Made by a program: the position numbers and the translations under genes. A stretch of DNA of 64,000 nt from Nitrospirota bacterium (GTDB taxonomy: Bacteria > Nitrospirota > Thermodesulfovibrionia > UBA6902), in NCBI GenBank assembly GCA_016207885.1, contig JACQZE010000005.1, positions 197,158 to 261,157 on the forward strand. The letters run 5' to 3'. Under the pieces are notes generated by a model. The model saw only the letters and a list, made by a program, of their open reading frames with translations. It searched no databases and was not told where the DNA came from. Positions 40,716-48,456 of this stretch are shown here, piece by piece; position 1 is the first letter of the stretch, and each line of letters opens with the position of its first letter.

Positions 40716-42042
40716 CAGTGATCTAAAGCGTCTGCGAGACGAAGGCTATGATGTAGAGGTTAGGTCGAACCATCTACTGGTCAAGCAAGTTCCGTATGTG
40801 AACTCTATCAAAGAGATTAAGTTTGGTATACTCGTGTCCGAGTTGAATGTGGCTGGTGACATGACAACTACGCCTAAGGATCATACGGTTTATTTTTCGG
40901 GAGAACATCCTTGCGATAAGAACGGGGTAGCGATGACCAAGATCATAAATCAAAGTGTTCAAAAATCACTTGGTCATGATCTTATTGTTCACCATTATTT
41001 CTCAAGCAAGCCTTCGAGTGGCTGTTACAAGGACCATTATGAGAAGATGGCGACATATGTCGCCATCATTTCTAGTCCTGCTCATTCGATCGACCCAAGC
41101 GTGACAGCAAATACCTTAGCTGCCGGACATATTCTTGTTAATAAAGGTTTGCTGAGTTCTATTGAAAGTGAGGAGGAATTAGAAGGTATATTGGTTCATG
41201 AAATAGCACACGTTGAAAAGAGGCATGTATTAAAACAATATTATGCATTGTTAAACCAACAAGCTGCTAATGACATGATTGCTGCCATGGCTACTGGAAT
41301 AGCAGGCGCGGCTGCAAGAGATGGTAATAGAGATGTCGCAGCTATTGCAGTTGGGATATCTGTTGCTGCAAGGGTTGCCGTAGACATTTTTTACAAGGGG
41401 TATCCTGTAGAGCAAGAAAGAGAAGCTGATGAACTTGCAATTCTATATTTTGATCAAAATAATATGGATAAACAAATTCTTGAGAATGTGTTTAAGAAGT
41501 TAAAATTTTATAGTCTTGCAACTGTTGATAATCCTGACCCTGCATCTAATTCACACCCCTTGCTCGAAGAGAGAATTGCACGGGTTAAACAAACAAAGTT
41601 TAAGAAATTTAATAACGAACATTTTTTATATAAAGGACATCCTTCACAACCACCCGTGCAAATTGATCTTCTTTATCAAAGCACTTTCAATGATACTTCA
41701 AATATTTTCTTCTATATTAATGATTACAGTTTCTTTGATAAATACCAGAGTAAAGAAGCAGAAAAAATATATTTAACATTAGAAGATGATAACGGAAAGC
41801 AAAAATATGCACTTAGTTTGCTTGACCAAGTAAGGGATATGTGGGGTGTTTATTTAGTTTTAAACATCAACAACGCAACGACCATCAAGAATTTAAACAA
41901 TATTTCTATAATTATTGAGACAAAAGATGAGGATATGATGAGAAACAAAATGGAAGTAATCGACTTCAGTAAAGGTAGTATTGATTACGAGTGCCATATA
42001 GAAGCAGAAAAGAAAGGTGGACATTGTTTGTGTATTCATTAA
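40690..42042 (+). CDS. Two-domain protein: an N-terminal alpha/beta domain with an 'HPC' motif (possible E2/UBC-like domain) fused to an M48-like Zn metalloprotease (HExxH...ExxAD)
   Basis: HEIAHVEKRH, then about 75 aa later EQEREADELA (the M48 third-ligand motif). N-terminal ...HTVYFSGEHPCDKNG.... Visibly AT-rich. It overlaps the upstream gene by 26 nt. Confidence 0.6.
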   Translation: MSQQLINRNSDLKRLRDEGYDVEVRSNHLLVKQVPYVNSIKEIKFGILVSELNVAGDMTTTPKDHTVYFSGEHPCDKNGVAMTKIINQSVQKSLGHDLIVHHYFSSKPSSGCYKDHYEKMATYVAIISSPAHSIDPSVTANTLAAGHILVNKGLLSSIESEEELEGILVHEIAHVEKRHVLKQYYALLNQQAANDMIAAMATGIAGAAARDGNRDVAAIAVGISVAARVAVDIFYKGYPVEQEREADELAILYFDQNNMDKQILENVFKKLKFYSLATVDNPDPASNSHPLLEERIARVKQTKFKKFNNEHFLYKGHPSQPPVQIDLLYQSTFNDTSNIFFYINDYSFFDKYQSKEAEKIYLTLEDDNGKQKYALSLLDQVRDMWGVYLVLNINNATTIKNLNNISIIIETKDEDMMRNKMEVIDFSKGSIDYECHIEAEKKGGHCLCIH

Positions 42043-42087
42043 TAGATTTATTTCACCCTCCCGAGTAAAAAGTCCCTCCACAAGATA

Positions 42088-42110
42088 GATTCCGGACAAG
42101 CCGGAATGAC
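42088..42110. repeat. Half-copy of the palindromic repeat (GATTCCGGACAAGCCGGAATGAC) upstream of alaS
   Basis: Identical to the right arm of the 1326-1396 element. Confidence 0.6.
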
Positions 42111-42213
42111 GCAAACACGGAACTGAGGCATAACCAACAATACAAGAACCATAAATATATACAGTTTTTTGTATAATACGGTATCAAAAAACCAGCAGGA
42201 GAAAAATCCCGGA

Positions 42214-44850
42214 ATGAATAGCAGCGATATAAGAAAACTCTTCATCGATTTCTTTAAGGAGAAAGGGCATAAGGCGCTTCCAAGCTCCCCTCTTTTGCCT
42301 GTTGATGACCCTACACTTTTATTCACCAACGCAGGTATGGTCCAGTTCAAATCCATCTTTCTGGGCGATGTGGAGAGCCAGCACAAACGGGCTGTGACCG
42401 TTCAGAAGTGCCTGAGGGCGGGCGGCAAGCACAATGACCTTGAGAATGTCGGAAGGACGGCAAGGCACCATACCTTCTTTGAGATGTTAGGCAACTTCTC
42501 ATTCGGCGATTATTTCAAGAGAGAGGCGTGTGAATGGGCTTGGGAATTTCTAACTGAAAAGGTTCATCTCCCTGCTGACAAGCTGATGATAACCGTTTTC
42601 AATGATGACGACGAGGCTGCGGAGATATGGCAGAAGCATATAGGAATACCTGCCAACCAGATATTCAGGCTCGGAGAGAAGGACAACTTCTGGCAGATGG
42701 GCGACACAGGGCCGTGCGGGCCGTGCTCTGAGATACTGATAGACCAGGGGCCGGAGATGGGATGCGGAAAGCCCGGCTGCATGGTTGGATGCGACTGCGA
42801 CAGATACCTTGAGATATGGAACCTCGTATTTATGCAGTACAACAGGGATACGGCAGGCAAACTTCACCCGCTGCCCAAGCCGAGCATTGACACAGGCATG
42901 GGGCTTGAGAGGCTTGCCGCTGTGCTGCAGGGAAAGACGAATAACTTTGACTCTGACCTATTCATGCCGATCATAAAATATGTTGAAGGTATTTCAGGTA
43001 AAAAATACGGGAAAGATAAAGCAAACGATGTCTCTATGAGGGTCATAGCCGACCATATAAGGTCATCGGCATTCGTGCTTTCAGAGGGGCTTGTGCCTTC
43101 AAATGAAGGAAGAGGTTATGTCTTAAGAAGGATCATAAGAAGGGCTGCAAGGCACGGGCTCATGTTAGGCATCAAGGGGCCGTTCCTGCATGATGTGCTT
43201 GACGCGGTATATAAGATGATGTCCGGCCCGTATTCTGAACTGAATGAAAATATCGGGATGAGCAAAAAGGTCCTTAAGTTTGAAGAAGAGAGATTCGCGC
43301 ACACACTCTCTTCAGGCATGGATCTGCTGGACAAGGTAATTAATGAGGTAAGGGCATCGGGCAAAGAGACGATACCGGGCACCGAACTCTTTAAACTTTA
43401 TGACACATTCGGATTTCCGCTTGACCTTGCGAAGGACATTGCTGAAGACAACGGACTGAAGATAGATGAAAAAGGTTTTAATGAGGAGATGGAGCTTCAG
43501 AAGACAAAGGCGCGCGCATCATGGGTCGGCGGCGGAGAGGAAGTTTCAGGCATATACAAAGAGATAGAAACTCTTGTCGGAGCCACTGAATTCACAGGCT
43601 ATGACGCTCCTGATAAAACAGAGAGCGTGGTCAAGGCGATGATAAAGAACGGCGCCCTCATCAAAGAAGCAAAAGAAGGTGAAGAGGTTGAGGTAGTTTT
43701 AGACAGGACACCGTTCTACGGCGAATCAGGCGGACAGGTGGGCGATACCGGCATGATGGAGCATGGCGAAGGGCTATTGAAACTTGAGGTGATTAATGCA
43801 AAAAGAACCCACAACCTTATCCTGCATTCAGTAAGAATAATCAAAGGCACGTTAAGGCCTGACATGTATGTGAAGCCTGTTATAGATGAAGAGAGAAGAG
43901 CATCTGTCAAACGCAATCATACAGCCACGCATATTCTGCATGCGGCTCTGAAGGAAGTGTTAGGCGACCATATAAAACAGGCAGGCTCGTTTGTAGCGCC
44001 TGACCGGCTGAGGTTTGACTTCAACCACTTCTTTGCCATGGATGAAAGGGAGATCAAAGAGGTCGAGCGGATAGTGAATGAAAAGATAATCAGGAATATG
44101 CCTGTCCATGTCTCTGAGACATCGCTTAACAATGCGATAGCACACGGAGTGGTGGCGCTCTTTGGTGAAAAATACGGAGAGACTGTCAGGGTCGTAAAGG
44201 CGGGAAATTACTCTGCCGAACTGTGCGGGGGAACGCACTGCAGCGCGACAGGTGATATCGGCCCGTTCAAGATAATCTCTGAAGGAAGCGCGGCAGCAGG
44301 CATAAGAAGAATAGAGGCGCTGACAGGATTTTCCGCGCATAAGTTCATTAATGACGAGGAAGACGAGCTTAAAAAGACGGCAGGGCTTCTTAAGGCAACC
44401 CCTCTTAATGTAGCAGATAAAGTGCGCAAGGCCTTAAGCGACCTCAAGCTGCTTGAAAAAGAGATGGAAAAGCTGAGGAGCAGTTCAGCCTCTAATGATA
44501 TAGAGAGCATCCTTGGAAAGACGGTTGAGATAGACGGCATAAAGGTGCTTGCGCACAAGATCGACGGGCTTGATATGAAGACGCTCAGAGACCTGGCGGA
44601 CAAGCTGAAAGATAAGATGAACTCAGGTGTCATAGTCCTCGGCTCCATACTGAACGGCCAGGCATCATATGTATCCCTCGTAACAAAAGACCTCGCCTCG
44701 CGTTTCCACGCGGGGAACATATTAAAGAGCGTCACCGGCGGCAAGGGCGGCGGCAGGGCTGATATGGCTCAGGGCGGGACAAAAGATATCGATGGAATTG
44801 ATATGGCAATCTCCTCAGTACCTGATATAATCAAGGGAGAGACAAAATAA
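42214..44850 (+). CDS. alaS: Alanyl-tRNA synthetase
   Basis: Class II aaRS catalytic domain, editing domain and C-terminal DHHA1, about 880 aa. I chose the ATG at 42214 (MNSSDIRKLFIDFF). Confidence 0.95.
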   Translation: MNSSDIRKLFIDFFKEKGHKALPSSPLLPVDDPTLLFTNAGMVQFKSIFLGDVESQHKRAVTVQKCLRAGGKHNDLENVGRTARHHTFFEMLGNFSFGDYFKREACEWAWEFLTEKVHLPADKLMITVFNDDDEAAEIWQKHIGIPANQIFRLGEKDNFWQMGDTGPCGPCSEILIDQGPEMGCGKPGCMVGCDCDRYLEIWNLVFMQYNRDTAGKLHPLPKPSIDTGMGLERLAAVLQGKTNNFDSDLFMPIIKYVEGISGKKYGKDKANDVSMRVIADHIRSSAFVLSEGLVPSNEGRGYVLRRIIRRAARHGLMLGIKGPFLHDVLDAVYKMMSGPYSELNENIGMSKKVLKFEEERFAHTLSSGMDLLDKVINEVRASGKETIPGTELFKLYDTFGFPLDLAKDIAEDNGLKIDEKGFNEEMELQKTKARASWVGGGEEVSGIYKEIETLVGATEFTGYDAPDKTESVVKAMIKNGALIKEAKEGEEVEVVLDRTPFYGESGGQVGDTGMMEHGEGLLKLEVINAKRTHNLILHSVRIIKGTLRPDMYVKPVIDEERRASVKRNHTATHILHAALKEVLGDHIKQAGSFVAPDRLRFDFNHFFAMDEREIKEVERIVNEKIIRNMPVHVSETSLNNAIAHGVVALFGEKYGETVRVVKAGNYSAELCGGTHCSATGDIGPFKIISEGSAAAGIRRIEALTGFSAHKFINDEEDELKKTAGLLKATPLNVADKVRKALSDLKLLEKEMEKLRSSSASNDIESILGKTVEIDGIKVLAHKIDGLDMKTLRDLADKLKDKMNSGVIVLGSILNGQASYVSLVTKDLASRFHAGNILKSVTGGKGGGRADMAQGGTKDIDGIDMAISSVPDIIKGETK

Positions 44851-44873
44851 AGGGTTGTTTATTATGCACCAGT

Positions 44874-44931
44874 TGCGTCATTCCGGCTTGTCCGGAATCC
44901 TTCTGGGAAAAGATTCCGGACAAGCCGGAAT
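44874..44931. repeat. Complete copy of the palindromic repeat (GTCATTCCGGCTTGTCCGGAATC, a 12-nt loop, then its reverse complement) just after alaS
   Basis: Perfect 23-bp arms. It probably also serves as the alaS terminator hairpin. Confidence 0.7.
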
Positions 44932-44976
44932 GACAGATTTTAAACTGACTTTAAATAATAATTCAGGAGGTTTGTT

Positions 44977-45291
44977 ATGTCATTATCAGATATCTTTCAA
45001 AAGACGTTCATGGCAGGGCTTGGGATGCAGGAGAAGTTCAAGGAGTTTGTAGACGAGCTTATCGATAAAGGCGAGCTCAGCGAGGCGCAGGGCAAGAAGC
45101 TCTTTGACGAATGGTCTATAAAGGCCGGCAAGACCAAAGAAGACTTTGAAAAGAACATAACCGACCTTATTAATAAATCACTCGATACGGTCAACATACC
45201 TAAGAAATCGGAAGTCGAGGAACTTAATAAAAAGCTCCAGGCTCTTTCAAAGAAAGTTGACAAACTCGAAAGATCGCTCGACAAAAACTGA
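44977..45291 (+). CDS. Phasin-family / PHA-granule-associated-like coiled-coil protein
   Basis: 104-aa helical protein with a phasin-like N-terminus (IFQKTFMAGLGMQEKFKEFVDELIDKGEL). Confidence 0.5.
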   Translation: MSLSDIFQKTFMAGLGMQEKFKEFVDELIDKGELSEAQGKKLFDEWSIKAGKTKEDFEKNITDLINKSLDTVNIPKKSEVEELNKKLQALSKKVDKLERSLDKN

Positions 45292-45300
45292 GTATAAGAT

Positions 45301-47007
45301 ATGGCATTCTCAGGATTGCTAAGGTTCTGGCGGGGATACAGGAATATAGCCCGCATAAGACAGATAGTAAATGTATTTCTTAAACACGGCTTCGGGCAGT
45401 TCATCGAACAGATAAACCTTCAAAGATTTATCCCTATCAGAAAGAGGATCAGGGTATTCGGCCAGTGGAAGGAGCCTGAAAAAATATCTATCCCAGCAAG
45501 GCTCAGGATAGCCTTTAGCGAGCTCGGCCCCTCCTTCATAAAGCTCGCCCAGATCCTCTCATCAAGGCCTGACATTATAACCAGCGAGTTTGCTGACGAG
45601 TTCAGAAAACTTCAGGATGATGTGCCCCCCTTCCCTGCTGAAGAAGCGAGGGCCATGATAGAGTCCGAGCTCAAGAGATCCGTCGGAAAGATATTCGCGG
45701 ATTTTGAAGACAGGCCGTTTGCCGCCGCATCCATAGCCCAGGTTCATAACGCAACCTTAATAACCGGGGAGAAGGTCGTTGTAAAGGTCCAGAGGCCGAA
45801 CATCCATAAAGTCATAGAGACCGATATATCGATATTGAGATTTATAGCAAGCCTTATGGTCAGGCACATTCCCGAAGCATCGGTATTCAACCCCGAAGGC
45901 ATTGTCGATGAATTCGCGAAGACCGTCACAAAAGAGCTCGACTTTATCGGAGAGACAAGGAACGCGCAGCGTTTCAGAAGGAATTTTGCTGACAGCGAGG
46001 CCGTCTATATCCCGCTTGTCTATACTGATTTTGTAACTGAAAAGGTCATGGTAATGGAGAGGCTTGAAGGCGTAAAGATAGATGACATCAAGGCTATCGA
46101 CACTCTGGGCGTTGACAGGCGCAAACTTGCGAAAGACGGGCTCGATGCCTATTTTAAGATGATATTTGAGGACGGCTTCTTTCACGCTGACCCGCATCCC
46201 GGGAATATGTTCGTATTCCCGGACGGCAGGCTGGGGCTCATGGACTTCGGCATGGCCGGCAGGCTGACACCTGAGATGATGGAGAGCATAGCCAATACAT
46301 TTCTGGCATTCTTTAATAAGGACTTCGACAGGCTGATAGATGAGTATATCGAGCTCGGCCTTTTAAGCGACGGTATAGACCAGGATATCTTCAGAAGAAA
46401 GTTCAAGAGCGACCTTGTGGACCTTCTGGAACCTGTCTACGGCCTCACAATCTCAGAGATAAATTTTATTGATTACATTGAAAAGGTCACACGGCTTGCC
46501 ATAAAACACGGGCTGACGATACCGTCCGATCTCATACTCGTCAATAAAACCATTTTGATGCTTGATAATATAGGCCGGCAGCTTGACCCTAACTTTAATT
46601 TCATAGCCGCTGCAGAGCCGTATGCTGCAAAACTTGTAAAGAGCCGGATCAATCCTCAGAGGATCTTTGATAAGGCTAAAGGGAACATCTCGGAGATCAG
46701 CAGCCTTCTCATAGAGACGCCGAGACAGATCAACAGGCTATTGGCAAAGGCGTTAAAGAACGAGTTAAGCCTGAAGGTCGACCCCATTGGAATAGACAGG
46801 CTTATTAGAGATATCGACCGTTCAAGCAACCGGCTCGCCTTCAGCGTGATAGTGGCAGCTATCATTATCGGCTCGTCGCTCCTGATCCAGTCAGGCATAG
46901 GCACGACGATATTCGGGCTGCCTGCGATAGGAGCGATCGGATTCTTTATCGCATTCCTGCTCGGCTTGTGGCTTCTGATATCCATTCTAAAATCAGGAAG
47001 ATTATAG
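45301..47007 (+). CDS. ubiB: UbiB/ABC1-family atypical kinase
   Basis: ABC1 motifs (AAASIAQVH, HADPHPGNMFV, DFG) and C-terminal TM helices. Confidence 0.85.
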   Translation: MAFSGLLRFWRGYRNIARIRQIVNVFLKHGFGQFIEQINLQRFIPIRKRIRVFGQWKEPEKISIPARLRIAFSELGPSFIKLAQILSSRPDIITSEFADEFRKLQDDVPPFPAEEARAMIESELKRSVGKIFADFEDRPFAAASIAQVHNATLITGEKVVVKVQRPNIHKVIETDISILRFIASLMVRHIPEASVFNPEGIVDEFAKTVTKELDFIGETRNAQRFRRNFADSEAVYIPLVYTDFVTEKVMVMERLEGVKIDDIKAIDTLGVDRRKLAKDGLDAYFKMIFEDGFFHADPHPGNMFVFPDGRLGLMDFGMAGRLTPEMMESIANTFLAFFNKDFDRLIDEYIELGLLSDGIDQDIFRRKFKSDLVDLLEPVYGLTISEINFIDYIEKVTRLAIKHGLTIPSDLILVNKTILMLDNIGRQLDPNFNFIAAAEPYAAKLVKSRINPQRIFDKAKGNISEISSLLIETPRQINRLLAKALKNELSLKVDPIGIDRLIRDIDRSSNRLAFSVIVAAIIIGSSLLIQSGIGTTIFGLPAIGAIGFFIAFLLGLWLLISILKSGRL

Positions 47008-47017
47008 GAGACAAACC

Positions 47018-47455
47018 ATGACTATCGATGAACTGAAACAAAGCTGTGAAGATGAATTTAAGAATATAGACATTATCCTTCAGCACCTGCACTCTGTTTA
47101 TGACAAAGGCAAATTAGAACATACGATTGCCGAACAGGCGTCAATAGCCACCTTTATCATAAACATCTACAGCGGTGTTGAAACAATCCTGAAGCAGATG
47201 CTTGTCTACGACAAGCTCGATATAAAAGACGCCCCGGGATGGCATGAAATAGTCTTAAAAAAAGCGAACGAGATCGGCATACTCCCCCCGGCTCTCTACC
47301 AGGACCTGTCGAGATACCTTGCATTCCGCAATTACTTCATCTACAACTATATCTTCAACATCAAATGGGATGACCTGAAGGCGCTGACGGATGCCGTAAG
47401 TGAATTGATAACAAAAACAAAAACCGAGGTTGAGGAGTATATACAGACGATATAA
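47018..47455 (+). CDS. HEPN-fold (DUF86/HepT-like) protein with a degenerate Rx4-6H motif
   Basis: ...LAFRNYFIYNY... aligns to the HepT RNxxxHxY motif, with the His replaced by Tyr. No nucleotidyltransferase partner is adjacent. Confidence 0.35.
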   Translation: MTIDELKQSCEDEFKNIDIILQHLHSVYDKGKLEHTIAEQASIATFIINIYSGVETILKQMLVYDKLDIKDAPGWHEIVLKKANEIGILPPALYQDLSRYLAFRNYFIYNYIFNIKWDDLKALTDAVSELITKTKTEVEEYIQTI

Positions 47456-47553
47456 CATCTGTATATGAATCGCTTTTTGTCGTCTTGAAGTGCAGCGGAA
47501 AGCCGCTGTACTTCCCCATCCTATACCGTCAGTTCTGCAATTAAATAATTATC

Positions 47554-47581
47554 TTGGCAAAAACCATTTAGAGGAATAGAA
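47554..47581 (+). promoter_or_regulatory. Sigma70-like promoter TTGGCA-N17-TAGAAT for dinD-like copy 2
   Basis: Same hexamers and spacing as the copy 1 promoter. Confidence 0.55.
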
Positions 47582-47614
47582 TAAGGCATTATCCTTTCGG
47601 TCATGAGGAGGCAG

Positions 47615-48445
47615 ATGGAAACAAACATCGCAGTTTTTAGAGGCAAAGAAATAAGGAAAACAATTCATAAGAATGAATGGTGGTTTTCGATCATTGACAT
47701 ATGTGCTGCGCTTACTGAAAGCGTCGATGCGGGAGCCTACTGGAGAAAATTGAAACAAAGGCTCAAGAAGGAAGGAGGCGAGGTCGTGACATTTTGTCAC
47801 GGACTGAAATTGCCTGCCGCTGACGGAAAAAAATACGAAACCGATTGCGCCAACACCGAGGGCATCTTCCGCCTTATCCAATCCATTCCTTCACCCAAGG
47901 CAGAGCCTTTCAAGCGCTGGCTGGCAAAGGTCGGCTATGAACGCGTGCAAGAGATAGAAGACCCGGAATTGGGTACAAAGCGGACAAGGGCTTTATACAA
48001 GGCAAAGGGCTACTCTGATGACTGGATAGAGAAACGGATGCGCGGCATTGCTATTAGAGAAGAGTTGACGGACGAATGGAAAAAGCGGGAAGTGAAAGAG
48101 AAAAAGGAATATGAGATCCTCACCGCAGAGATTGCAAAAGCAGCATTCGGCGTAAACCCAAGTCAGCATAAGAAATTAAAAGGGTTGAAACGTGAAAACC
48201 TGAGAGACCATATGAACGACCTTGAACTTATTTTCTCTATGTTAGGTGAAGCTGCAACAACTGAGATAACGCGGGTTGATGATGCAAAGGGTTTTCATGA
48301 GAGCAAACGTTCAGCACGCAAGGGCGGGGTTGTGGCAGGTAAGGCGCGAAAAGACCTTGAGAAAAAGACGGGCAAGAGGGTTGTCTCAAATGAAAATTAT
48401 CTTTCGACTTCTGAAAGTGTGAAAAAACTGGAAAGGAAGAAGTAG
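47615..48445 (+). CDS. DinD / Bro-N family protein, copy 2, immediately upstream of cas3
   Basis: METNIAVF start with a GAGGAGG RBS. It ends 11 nt before cas3. Confidence 0.65.
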   Translation: METNIAVFRGKEIRKTIHKNEWWFSIIDICAALTESVDAGAYWRKLKQRLKKEGGEVVTFCHGLKLPAADGKKYETDCANTEGIFRLIQSIPSPKAEPFKRWLAKVGYERVQEIEDPELGTKRTRALYKAKGYSDDWIEKRMRGIAIREELTDEWKKREVKEKKEYEILTAEIAKAAFGVNPSQHKKLKGLKRENLRDHMNDLELIFSMLGEAATTEITRVDDAKGFHESKRSARKGGVVAGKARKDLEKKTGKRVVSNENYLSTSESVKKLERKK

Positions 48446-48456
48446 AGGGAGATTTT

